From assembly GCA_013203045.1 (NCBI GenBank), contig JABMQN010000014.1:28373-92372 (forward strand): 64,000 bases of DNA, read 5' to 3'. Made by a program: the position numbers and the translations under genes. The notes beneath the pieces were generated by a model that was given only the letters and a program-made list of their open reading frames with translations, ran no database searches and was not told the origin of the DNA. The DNA comes from Chloroflexota bacterium. Lineage in GTDB: Bacteria; Chloroflexota; Dehalococcoidia; SZUA-161; SpSt-899. Positions 1 to 8,832 of this stretch are shown here, piece after piece (the stretch's first letter is position 1; every line of letters begins with the position of its first letter).

Positions 1-1107
1 GTTGCCATCCCAGATGTGTGGTGAGGGGGAATACTGAGGGTAGAAAGATTCGTCGCAGAATCGTTGCCCATACTTATTAACCCAGATAGCGTGCGGGTAA
101 CCACCCTCGGCAGACAGCCTCCACAACGGCTTGCCCTCAGCCTCTTCACTGGGGGCGTTGTAACCGAACATTGTTGCCAGTGTCCCGACCGGAATGACGG
201 CAATTTGCGCGCCGATTTCGCATCCGAATGTAAGATGATCGCCTGTGATTTGCGGCGGGCAGGCAGAGTGAACTTCCGGCATCTGTTCGTAATACCTGGT
301 CAGTTCGTCATTCCAGTCATAACCGCCCATAGCCAGTAGAACACCCTTACTTGCCGAGACCCAGAAATCATTACCTTCGCGTTCAGCTAGGACACCGATT
401 ACGGTATCGTTTTCGACTACCAGCTCTTTTACACTTGTATCCAGATAGGCAGGAATTTGACGGTCTATCATGGCGGCCTTAATGAAATAGGCCATCATGC
501 CGGGACCGAAAGTGCGGGAACCTTCTGCCATGCGCTGGCCTAGCAGGGCAAAATCCCATTTGAGCATGGAAGCGCCGCCACCCCACTCGAACATTTCTTC
601 GGCGGTGATGCCGCAGGGCATGTGAGGAGTCAATCGCGAAAGGGGTTCCCATTCTCCTAAATCAGAACCTTTGAATATTTCAGTCTCAAGGTAGCGGCCT
701 TCGGGTAGAGCGCCTTCACAGTGCGGATAGAAGTAGTCAGCGAATTTTGGAATGGTCTTCCATCGGACACCAGCCTTTTCTTCCAGGTACTGGCAAACCT
801 CTGGCGCCATATCCGAATAGAGTTCAGCCAGTTCAGAATCAGCGAATCCGCCGGCCAGAAAATCCAGATATTGTTTGGCTTCCTCGCGCGAATCCGGCAT
901 TCCCTGACGTTTCATTACGTGGTTGTTCGGAACCCATATCTCTCCACCGGAAAGAGCGGCGACTCCTCCCAGCTTGGGAGCCTTTTCCAGTACAATGGCT
1001 TTCATGCCAACATCGTGTGCTGCGATAGCACCCGTAAGCCCTCCGATACCAGAGCCCACAGCGATGAAATCGACTTCAATATCCCATTTATCAGGTTTGT
1101 TTGCCAT
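1..1107 (-). CDS. FAD-dependent oxidoreductase, 3-ketosteroid-delta1-dehydrogenase / fumarate-reductase flavoprotein-like. 3' end truncated by the window edge
   Basis: The reverse strand reads without a stop from an ATG at 1105-1107 to base 1, about 369 aa. It begins MANKPDKWDIEVDFIAVGSGIGGLTGAIAAHDVGMKAIVLEKAPKLGG, a Rossmann FAD-binding GxGxxG motif, followed by SGGEIWVPNNHVMKRQGMPDSREEAKQYLDFL, typical of the KstD/FrdA-like family. GAGGAGA lies 5 nt upstream of the ATG. The supplied plus-strand ORFs at 64-1167 are alternative frames of this gene. Confidence 0.7.
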   Translation of the reverse strand, partial: MANKPDKWDIEVDFIAVGSGIGGLTGAIAAHDVGMKAIVLEKAPKLGGVAALSGGEIWVPNNHVMKRQGMPDSREEAKQYLDFLAGGFADSELAELYSDMAPEVCQYLEEKAGVRWKTIPKFADYFYPHCEGALPEGRYLETEIFKGSDLGEWEPLSRLTPHMPCGITAEEMFEWGGGASMLKWDFALLGQRMAEGSRTFGPGMMAYFIKAAMIDRQIPAYLDTSVKELVVENDTVIGVLAEREGNDFWVSASKGVLLAMGGYDWNDELTRYYEQMPEVHSACPPQITGDHLTFGCEIGAQIAVIPVGTLATMFGYNAPSEEAEGKPLWRLSAEGGYPHAIWVNKYGQRFCDESFYPQYSPSPHIWDGN

Positions 1108-1152
1108 GTTGTATCTCCTCGATCAGCAGAAGCAAGCTTCTGCACTCCAAAA

Positions 1153-1818
1153 CTAATAGCACATTAAAAGTTCGTTGCTGATGTTGTTTTTCCAGCAACT
1201 TGTAGTCCTGTAAGATGGCCGTCCTTTGCGATGTTCTTCCTTGTTCATAAGTTCACGCAAATGAGCTTCGAGATTGCCACAGCCTGTCTCATGGAATTGC
1301 AGTGGCAGATTCATGAAATCTGCAATGACCTGTGCCTCCTGGCGTAGTTGGGGACTGTCATTTTGAATCAGGTAGACGATTCGAGTGCAGTTATGGAAAT
1401 AGGTTTCCTTGAGTTCAGGATAACGGTCTAATCCAAGTCCCTGTATTACTGCGCGATGAAAGGTTCGTACCAGAAAATCAGTTAGAAAGAAAGTCCCTAT
1501 TTCTTCTTCAAGAAATTGATCGTATTTAGTACCGGCGTACATTTCGTAGCAGTTTCGAGCATTTATACGAAAGATATTGTATTTATCCAATACTTCATCC
1601 AGCTTGCCTCGTGATCCACATTCGCCATAAACCACAACCAATCGATCACACCGCTCCTGGATTCTCTCGATACGTTTTTCAACATCCGGGGCTATACGCA
1701 TAGGAAACATGTGATCTTCCGGTGAAACACCGATTATTTCAGCGTCCCATCCTTGTTTACGGACAATGCCCTTTACTTCTTGTCCCAGCGCGCCACAGGT
1801 GATGAATCCTGTTTTCAT
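1153..1818 (-). CDS. DUF1638 domain protein, an accessory protein commonly encoded with corrinoid methyltransferase systems
   Basis: 221 aa. Its start overlaps the upstream methyltransferase stop by 4 nt. It has a paralog at 21332-21949 in the same relative position of the second methyltransferase operon. Confidence 0.65.
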   Translation of the reverse strand: MKTGFITCGALGQEVKGIVRKQGWDAEIIGVSPEDHMFPMRIAPDVEKRIERIQERCDRLVVVYGECGSRGKLDEVLDKYNIFRINARNCYEMYAGTKYDQFLEEEIGTFFLTDFLVRTFHRAVIQGLGLDRYPELKETYFHNCTRIVYLIQNDSPQLRQEAQVIADFMNLPLQFHETGCGNLEAHLRELMNKEEHRKGRPSYRTTSCWKNNISNELLMCY

Positions 1819-2621
1819 TTGCTTTCCAGTTTCCCTGCCCGATAGGCTTTAATATAACTCATGCTCCATTCGTCTTGCCCGATAAGTGTAGATGAAGCTA
1901 GCATAGTTGCCATCAATTCCTGATTACGTACATCCACAAGGAAGGCATCCATTCCTAATGCTGCCTGCATACCCACGAAAGTGCGATTGAGAAGTTTGCG
2001 TAGTGGCATACCATAACTAATGTTACTTGATCCGCAAAATGTGCGAACCTGGGGCAGGCGTTCATGGATAAGTCGGAGCACTTCCAGAGAGACAACCCCG
2101 GCTACATAATCGGCGGCTATTGCCATTACGAGCGGATCTATATATAAGTTTTCCGGTTCAAGTCCGGCAGATGTTGTTCGTTCGAACAGCTTCACGGCAA
2201 TTGAGCATCTTACCTCCGGGTCAGGTGAAATACCTGCCTCATCCATACACATCCCAACCAATCCACATTTATGCTGCACCGCGAGTTGGAGAAGTCCGAT
2301 ATGTCCCTCCGTCATTTCGCCGGTAATGGAATTGATAATGGGATTTGGCCCTTTGTAAACAGCCAGTGCTGCTTCCAGTGCTTCGGGATTGGAACTATCC
2401 AGAACTAGTGGTAGATCCGTCACATCCTGCACTGTCTGTACCATCCAGACCAAGTCTTCAATCTCACTTTGTCCCGGTACCGCGGCATTCACGTCGAGCA
2501 TGTCCGCTCCGCATTCTGTTTGAGTGCGTGCCAGAGATGCGATTTTCTCTACGTCATGCTCGATAACCGCTTGCCGTACCAAGGGGATGGTGGCATTGAG
2601 GGATTCTCCGACTATTATCAT
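1815..2621 (-). CDS. Pterin-binding methyltransferase, a methyl-corrinoid:tetrahydrofolate methyltransferase of the MtrH/AcsE/DHPS-like fold
   Basis: 268 aa. The N-terminus MIIVGESLNATIPLVRQAVIEHD is characteristic of the pterin-binding domain family. It has a paralog at 16906-17703 (MIIVGEKINTSRRIIREAVE). Confidence 0.8.
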   Translation of the reverse strand: MIIVGESLNATIPLVRQAVIEHDVEKIASLARTQTECGADMLDVNAAVPGQSEIEDLVWMVQTVQDVTDLPLVLDSSNPEALEAALAVYKGPNPIINSITGEMTEGHIGLLQLAVQHKCGLVGMCMDEAGISPDPEVRCSIAVKLFERTTSAGLEPENLYIDPLVMAIAADYVAGVVSLEVLRLIHERLPQVRTFCGSSNISYGMPLRKLLNRTFVGMQAALGMDAFLVDVRNQELMATMLASSTLIGQDEWSMSYIKAYRAGKLESK

Positions 2622-2717
2622 TGTTTCTTGCTATTGAATTTAGTCGAGTTTGATTTGGAGTGCGGCAGTTTAACTGCCGCTTTGTTTGCGGTAGCTAAGG
2701 CTACCGCACTCCAAATT

Positions 2718-4058
2718 TCAATAAGGCACGCCACAGGCTGCCAGTTCTTCCTTCGCTTTTTCTAGATGATCAATATACCATTGATGAGGCTGAACCGTCT
2801 CAAGATCGTAAACCTCGGGGAATTTACATGTGTTACCCTTCACCTCCGGGGCATACTTAAGTTGAAGGTCCATTATCTTGTTGATGACTTCAATTGCCTG
2901 TTCTCTTTCCATTCCAGCCATTGCATTCATAACTTCACCAGAGTATCGAGCTTCTATGCCAGTATTACCGGCGATCCAGCAAAAAGACATCCCGCTGGCG
3001 GTGAACAGAGTGGCCATATTTACTGCTTGTATCAAAGTAAATGGCGATTTACACAGGACACCAGAGGCACATCCGCCGATACAGACTTTGATGTTGCGCT
3101 CGGAAGCACGGGCGGCTCCACTATAGGCCCAGTGTGTGGGCTTTGTTGCAGATTTCCCATCCATATGATTGGTGAAGAGACTGCACAGTTGGCCATGAGC
3201 ATAAGTCAACTGTCCGAGCAAATTCGCCGTAAGCCCAACCGCCGTATCAGCAGCGTTTCGACATAGACCGCCAATCATGGACATGGAACTCTGCCAGGGT
3301 TGTATTCCTCGCACCTGGCAAAACTGAGCTAAAACAAGCTGGCTCCAGCTAATTTTCATTTCCGGGATGATATGAACACCAATCTGGGTATTATGCGCTT
3401 CACGAAGACCAGCGGCCATCATAGTCATGATTCCACTAGGGCTGCTCAACGTAGCTAGCAATCCTACATGAAGACCCGGCCTCCCCGCTTTTTCAAGAGC
3501 TTCTTTGATATGTTCCTGTTCCCATAGGCCAACAACGATTTCGCTGGGAGTGCCAGCTTTGGCCTTCATATCACCAAGTTTGGCCAGTCCTGCAGTTATA
3601 CCCATCGCCTTAATAGATTCTTCCTGAGCAAACGACTGAATATAGGGAACATACCATTCTTCCTGAGCTACTCCCCATGAGCCCGCGTAGAGCGTTGGGG
3701 GGCGTTTGTCCGTGCTGGCACGGTATTCGATGGTAACTTCGTCCTTGTCTTTTCCGAAAGTATGCTTGCTGGGGTTGTCACTATATTCTTGGGCAGTTTT
3801 TTCGATTTCCTCTTTGGTGAGCTTGATTACCCGTTCCGTATCAAGGTGATAAATACCTACTTCTGCCAGTAGTTCTACTGCTGCCTGGAAAATAGCATCA
3901 GCGGTAGCGTCATCAACCACAAGTTCGTTTTCGTTATATTCGATATTGTATTTCTTTACCACGTCACGAATCTTCATGGCGAATTCCATATCGAATTCGT
4001 CGCTCTTCATTACCGGCCCGCTCAAAGACCGTTCGTGGATTTCAATTATGGGGAGCAT
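2718..4058 (-). CDS. MtmB-superfamily (monomethylamine methyltransferase-like) substrate:corrinoid methyltransferase lacking pyrrolysine
   Basis: 446 aa, continuous ORF with no in-frame TAG. From my recollection of Methanosarcina MtmB, the active-site region AGRPGMGV-O-GPETSLSAQG aligns with AGRPGLHV-G-LLATLSSPSG here, putting glycine at the pyrrolysine position. The C-terminus NTGIEARYSGEVMNAMAG...KFPEVYDLETVQPHQWYIDHLEKAKEELAACGVPY matches the MtmB C-terminus TTGMEARMMGEVARATAG...FQECYDVKTVTPTEEYMQVYDGARKKLEDLGLVF. Confidence 0.75.
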   Translation of the reverse strand: MLPIIEIHERSLSGPVMKSDEFDMEFAMKIRDVVKKYNIEYNENELVVDDATADAIFQAAVELLAEVGIYHLDTERVIKLTKEEIEKTAQEYSDNPSKHTFGKDKDEVTIEYRASTDKRPPTLYAGSWGVAQEEWYVPYIQSFAQEESIKAMGITAGLAKLGDMKAKAGTPSEIVVGLWEQEHIKEALEKAGRPGLHVGLLATLSSPSGIMTMMAAGLREAHNTQIGVHIIPEMKISWSQLVLAQFCQVRGIQPWQSSMSMIGGLCRNAADTAVGLTANLLGQLTYAHGQLCSLFTNHMDGKSATKPTHWAYSGAARASERNIKVCIGGCASGVLCKSPFTLIQAVNMATLFTASGMSFCWIAGNTGIEARYSGEVMNAMAGMEREQAIEVINKIMDLQLKYAPEVKGNTCKFPEVYDLETVQPHQWYIDHLEKAKEELAACGVPY

Positions 4059-4072
4059 GTTTCCTCCTAAAG

Positions 4073-4708
4073 TTAGTTAATATCCATTAGCCCTTTGCAG
4101 AGTTTCACTGCTTCTACGGCGTTTGGGGCCCAGCCGTCAGCGCCCATGGCTACCGCTTTTTCTTGACTGGTTTCCGTGCCGCCAATTATCACTTTGTATT
4201 TGTCCTTTATACCCATATCGCGCAGGTAATCGATCACCTCATTGCAATTGGGAATCGTAGTTACCAAAAATGCAGAAAGCCCTATGATGTCTGCACTGGT
4301 TTCCTTAGCCTTATCAATAAAAGTCATTGCTGGGACATTTACCCCGATCTTATGGACTTTGAATCCATTTAACTCAAGCTGAGTAGCGACTAGGCTGTAG
4401 CCGATATCGTGAAGGTCACCCTCGACAGCTCCAAGTACGACGGTTCCAGCGCTCGCCGATCCCGTAGCAGGTAAATGCGGTTCTACCAGATCCATGCAGG
4501 CCTGGCTGACCTTGCCGCCCATCATAAGTTCTGCCAGGAAATACTCCTCGGTTTCGAATTTCTTGCCCACTCCCTGCAGTCCGGGAACGATACCGGAATT
4601 GATGATCTCCGGCGGGTCAACGCCCTCATCGAGAGCTTGCTGCACCAGGGATAGAGCTTTATCTTTTTCGAGTTCTTCGACAGCTTGAGAAATTTGATTA
4701 AGATCCAT
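4073..4708 (-). CDS. Cobalamin-binding corrinoid protein, MtmC/MtbC/MttC-like
   Basis: 211 aa. It carries the B12-binding DxHxxG motif (VEGDLHDIGYSLV) and a Rossmann-like C-terminal B12-binding domain. It is the first gene of the minus-strand operon. Confidence 0.9.
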   Translation of the reverse strand: MDLNQISQAVEELEKDKALSLVQQALDEGVDPPEIINSGIVPGLQGVGKKFETEEYFLAELMMGGKVSQACMDLVEPHLPATGSASAGTVVLGAVEGDLHDIGYSLVATQLELNGFKVHKIGVNVPAMTFIDKAKETSADIIGLSAFLVTTIPNCNEVIDYLRDMGIKDKYKVIIGGTETSQEKAVAMGADGWAPNAVEAVKLCKGLMDIN

Positions 4709-4882
4709 ATTATTCCCCCTTGAATTTGTTTACTGCCTGAATCTCCTAATGGCCGTTATTTACGTTTGAAATGTATTTAATTTTTAATCAACCCCATTAT
4801 ACACATTTCTGTTAAGAAAAGGCAACCCTAAACCTGATTTTAGCACATTACTGGCGCGTCATCATGCCAGGAGCGTATCAAA

Positions 4883-4912
4883 TGATTCATAATAACGCTA
4901 TTATGTGAATCG
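4883..4912. promoter_or_regulatory. Imperfect 30-bp palindrome (candidate operator) upstream of the corrinoid/MtmB-like operon
   Basis: TGATTCATAATAACG / CGCTATTATGTGAATCG form an inverted repeat about 175 nt upstream of the corrinoid protein start codon and downstream of the Lrp-family regulator genes. Confidence 0.25.
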
Positions 4913-5040
4913 TATGAACAATGCCGCAAAGGGGAGGTTAATTGGGGATTCAGGTTATCTCAGTCTACTACCAAGATGGCACAGAATACTGTCTTCTCAA
5001 TATTCAATTCTATCATTACGTAATCAGGGGGCAATCGAAT

Positions 5041-5523
5041 CTAATTCTGAAACTGGTTTTCTCCCGTAAAAGTGAAAGAGAATTTCTTTATCTTTAGATA
5101 TACCATTGTCTCGGCGCTTATCAAACCAGCAATCTCACCAAGCTCATTCCTGATGAATTGCGATAAATCCTCTGGCTCTCTGAACATCACTATTGTTATT
5201 ATGTCATACCGTCCAGCAGTGATAATCACAAAAGGAACATTTACGTAGGATGCAAGCTTGTTGGCAACGCTGTCGACCTCGCCAGGCTGAACTTTTATTC
5301 CCATCGTCGCCACTGTCTTGTATCCCTGCGTTTGTGGGTCAGCAACAGCAACGATACTGATAATGCCGTCATCGATAAGAGAATTTAGTTTGCGGCGCGC
5401 TGTAGCTTTGCTGGTACCAATCAACCTGGCAAGTTCGGAATTGGTTTGTCTACCATCGGCCTCAAGCTCTTCGATCAGTTTTATATCTAACGCATCGAGA
5501 TTACGGGATGCACTGTCTTTCAT
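5041..5523 (-). CDS. Lrp/AsnC family transcriptional regulator
   Basis: 160 aa. It has an N-terminal HTH (LDALDIKLIEELEADGRQTNSELARLIGTSKATARRKLNSLIDDGII) and a C-terminal RAM/AsnC_trans_reg domain. Confidence 0.85.
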   Translation of the reverse strand: MKDSASRNLDALDIKLIEELEADGRQTNSELARLIGTSKATARRKLNSLIDDGIISIVAVADPQTQGYKTVATMGIKVQPGEVDSVANKLASYVNVPFVIITAGRYDIITIVMFREPEDLSQFIRNELGEIAGLISAETMVYLKIKKFSFTFTGENQFQN

Positions 5524-5643
5524 GATATGCCTACTGAACCCTCATCACACATGTTTATACTTGAACAGTCTAGTTAGTAACACCCGGATTTTCTATTGCT
5601 ATTTACAGGTTAGTTGAAAAGGATATCTGTCAACCCAACTACT

Positions 5644-6132
5644 CTATTCCTGGGGACTAAAGTTAGTACTTGCAAGATACGTAAAGGATGCTTTTGTAAT
5701 CTTCAGGTTGATCATAGTCTCAACGCTCGTCAAACCTTCAATATTGCCCAGTTCTTTTCTGAGGAAATTGGATAAATCCTCTGGCTCACGAAACATCATC
5801 CATGCAATTATGTCATAGCGTCCAGTGCTAATAATCACAAAATGAACATTTTTGTAAGCAGCAAGCTTGTCTACTACAGCATCGACATCTCCAGGACGCA
5901 CATTAATACCCATAGTTGCTACAGTTCTGTACCCGAGAGCAGGTGGACTGGCAACAGCAACTACCTTGATAATACCGTCATCGAGGAGTCTTCGCAGTTT
6001 TCTGCGTGCTGTCGCCTTGCTGGTACCTATCTTTTTAGCGAGATCCGTGTTAGTTTGTCTACCATCAACTTCTAACTCCGTGATTAACATTAGATCCATT
6101 TCGTCGAGATTATCCAGAGTATCAGTCTTCAT
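5644..6132 (-). CDS. Lrp/AsnC family transcriptional regulator, tandem paralog
   Basis: 162 aa. It shares the same domain order as 5041-5523 and is about 60% identical to it by eye. Confidence 0.85.
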   Translation of the reverse strand: MKTDTLDNLDEMDLMLITELEVDGRQTNTDLAKKIGTSKATARRKLRRLLDDGIIKVVAVASPPALGYRTVATMGINVRPGDVDAVVDKLAAYKNVHFVIISTGRYDIIAWMMFREPEDLSNFLRKELGNIEGLTSVETMINLKITKASFTYLASTNFSPQE

Positions 6133-6461
6133 AAAACACTTTCCTCGCTGTTAAAATTTGAAGATTTTGAATCCGTTCGTAGCAATTGTGGTGCCTTATT
6201 GCGCCATAATTGAGCAATCTTCGCACAAAAGGAACACCGGATAATATATGCTACATGATTTATCTACACAGGTCAATGACTTGCTCTGTTCAATTCCCTG
6301 TATGCTCTTTGGTCGCAGCACAGGAACTGGCAAATACCATGTAGATTACTGGGAGGATTGAGGAACAGGTGTTGGAAATAGTTAAGTCCCAAGTCTAGGT
6401 CATACTATTAAGCATACGCAACTTGCAGAGAGATAACGAGAGTTCGTGCTTGCAAATATGT

Positions 6462-7556
6462 CTAACTTCCGCGGAATGAATATGGATGTAGCCGATAAGA
6501 TAGCTTAAATTTCTCGATAAAACCAGCTACTCCTTTTGGTGCCATTTTGATGAACATCATCACACCCAAACCGCCAACTATGTACTTCAATGCAAAGTGT
6601 ATCTGTGCGGCCCATCGAGAAGGCATATGATCAACTGCCCATGGAGCAACGTAGTCCATTACGATGATATCCATCCCATCGAAGAATATCACACCTGAAA
6701 AGACGGCACTGATAGACCCCGTTCCACCTATGACTATCATGCCCATATAAAATATTGAATCCCCGATGTCAAATTGGCTGGCATTTACTCTGAGCTGGAA
6801 ATATGCCCACAACCATCCAGCCACTCCAGCAAAACAGCTGGCAATAAAGAAAGCAAGTAGTTTGCTACGGATCAGGTTTATTCCGGCTACTTCAGCCGCC
6901 AAATCATTATCACGAACGGCTACTAGAATTCTTCCTGTGTTAGATCTCTGAATACCCAGGGTAATATATGTTCCCACAATAACAAAGATCACAGTTAAAA
7001 TATACAGGCTCGTATCTGAACCGAAGTCAAACGGCCCCAGAGTAAGAGGTTCCAGTTGAATTCCAGTGAAACCGCCTGTATAGTCCCACCATGCGTTGTC
7101 CGAACCTTTTGGTCCGGGAAACCGTAGCAACCACAGAATTATATCTTGACTTACCCAGGTTGCGATAGCCAAATAGAATAGTTTCAACCTGACAGTGATG
7201 AGCCCTACGACCAAACCCACTAAACCAGCCGCAAGAGCTGACAATGGCAGACAAAGCCAACCGTTGATATCCCACTGTGATGAAAGTATAGCAACTGTGA
7301 AGGCGCCTATCGCCATAAAGCCCGCTTGCCCTAGAGAGGCCAAACCGCAAAGACCAACCAGTATATGTAATCCAAGCAATACTATGATGTGTATCCCTAT
7401 TATTATAAGCTTGGTTAGCCAGTAAGGAGAAGCTATGTGAGGAACAAGTAAAAAGAAAACTAGGAGAACCACCAGTAGTAAAAACCACTGAGTCGAGGTT
7501 TTGAAAATCTTCAGTTCTGATGCGTATTTGGTACTAAAAACTCCGCCTGGTAACAT
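6462..7556 (-). CDS. Branched-chain amino acid (HAAT family) ABC transporter permease, LivM-like
   Basis: 364 aa polytopic membrane protein. Its C-terminal region resembles LivM permeases and it sits directly downstream of a LivH-like permease. Confidence 0.7.
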   Translation of the reverse strand: MLPGGVFSTKYASELKIFKTSTQWFLLLVVLLVFFLLVPHIASPYWLTKLIIIGIHIIVLLGLHILVGLCGLASLGQAGFMAIGAFTVAILSSQWDINGWLCLPLSALAAGLVGLVVGLITVRLKLFYLAIATWVSQDIILWLLRFPGPKGSDNAWWDYTGGFTGIQLEPLTLGPFDFGSDTSLYILTVIFVIVGTYITLGIQRSNTGRILVAVRDNDLAAEVAGINLIRSKLLAFFIASCFAGVAGWLWAYFQLRVNASQFDIGDSIFYMGMIVIGGTGSISAVFSGVIFFDGMDIIVMDYVAPWAVDHMPSRWAAQIHFALKYIVGGLGVMMFIKMAPKGVAGFIEKFKLSYRLHPYSFRGS

Positions 7557-7558
7557 GA

Positions 7559-8815
7559 CTAAATCCGCCTTATTCCTTTCAGACCGAATAAACCATGCGG
7601 CCTAACAATAATGATCACTAACAATAGAACATAGGGCATAATAGCTCTGAATTGTGGGATATAGGGATCAATATAAGCCCCCGAAAGCTGCTCTGTCAAC
7701 CCGACAATTAGCGCCGCGAGAAAACATCCGCCAATAGACTCCAAACCTCCCAGGACCATTACCGGGAGAGCACGAAATAGGCCGTAGATACCCATACCAC
7801 CGCTCTCACTGTATACGGCTGTTTTAGTTGCCAGAAGGATACCGCCGATGGCTGCTGTCAGGGCTCCCACAACCCAGGCGATTGCATAAACTCGCTTGAC
7901 ATAGATGCCTAAACTTTGACTCACAACACTGTTCTCAGAAACACATCGCATTGCAAGGCCAGTTTTGGTGAATCTGAAGAAAAGGACAAAAATTACAAAC
8001 AAAAGTGTGCCTGTGATGAAAGCGGATAAGAGATCCCAGGGAAGTCGGTAATTTCCAACTTCGATCGTACCTGAAGGGAATAATTGAGGCATTATTTGTG
8101 ATTTACCCTCAAATACCAGTACACACCCACCGTGGAGGAGCAGGAACCCAAAAAAGACGGCTAACATGAAGGTCATCAAGGGGCTTGCACCAATCATTCC
8201 CCTGAACACTAAACGATCAGTATATAATCCAAAGACCACTGCAGCAAAAGTGAGTATAGTTAGCCCAACAATGCGGAGCCACCAATATGTAAGATGATCG
8301 CCACTTAATTCTCCCCACACAAATATCCCAAACCCTATCGTAGCACAAATCCCAAATGCTACCCCGAACTGTCCAAATTGTCTCCTATTTGTAATTCTAA
8401 TAGCCATAACAGCTACAATCAGCCCCAAAGTAATGAGAACATAGGACTGGTTATCCCCTACTGCTAACAGCCACCAGGCCAGGAAAGTGAGGAACTGCAG
8501 CATTCCGCCCGCAGCCATATTGAGCACTCTGGTAGCCTTATATACCACCACCATACCCAGAGCAATGATGGAGTACATACCTCCCCACATCAGGCCACTC
8601 AAAAGAGCACCCGTAAGCTTGTCCCTTCCATCGCCTGTTAATACTTTAAAAACGCCAGGGACACCACAGTACAGAATTACCAAAACAATAGCAATAACTA
8701 CAGCTATTGCTATTGCCGCGATAAATGCGCTGCTCTTAGCCTTTTCCAGGAGAATGCGTATACTTGCTCCCGGTAGGCCTACTACTTTTCTTATTGCGTA
8801 CTTTTGAGCATCCAT
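7559..8815 (-). CDS. Branched-chain amino acid (HAAT family) ABC transporter permease, LivH-like, with an N-terminal extension
   Basis: 418 aa. The LivH-like core starts near residue 70 (LLSGLMWGGMYSIIALGMVVVYKATRVLNMAAGGM). It ends 3 nt before the next gene's start. Confidence 0.7.
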   Translation of the reverse strand: MDAQKYAIRKVVGLPGASIRILLEKAKSSAFIAAIAIAVVIAIVLVILYCGVPGVFKVLTGDGRDKLTGALLSGLMWGGMYSIIALGMVVVYKATRVLNMAAGGMLQFLTFLAWWLLAVGDNQSYVLITLGLIVAVMAIRITNRRQFGQFGVAFGICATIGFGIFVWGELSGDHLTYWWLRIVGLTILTFAAVVFGLYTDRLVFRGMIGASPLMTFMLAVFFGFLLLHGGCVLVFEGKSQIMPQLFPSGTIEVGNYRLPWDLLSAFITGTLLFVIFVLFFRFTKTGLAMRCVSENSVVSQSLGIYVKRVYAIAWVVGALTAAIGGILLATKTAVYSESGGMGIYGLFRALPVMVLGGLESIGGCFLAALIVGLTEQLSGAYIDPYIPQFRAIMPYVLLLVIIIVRPHGLFGLKGIRRI

Positions 8816-8832
8816 CTCTGTGCCTACATTAG

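Noticed and set aside
64-1167. Plus-strand ORFs 64-339, 721-1167, 747-1028 and 923-1156
   Set aside because: They lie entirely within a continuous minus-strand reading frame (1-1107) that encodes a recognisable FAD-dependent KstD-like flavoprotein. They are alternative-frame artefacts.
7027-7488. 153-aa ORF inside the LivM-like permease gene, plus similar internal or antisense ORFs throughout (e.g. 2120-2326, 11573-11788, 17337-17669, 40465-40992, 44786-45346)
   Set aside because: Each overlaps a well-supported conserved gene on the opposite strand or in another frame, and none has a recognisable fold or motif or a ribosome-binding site.
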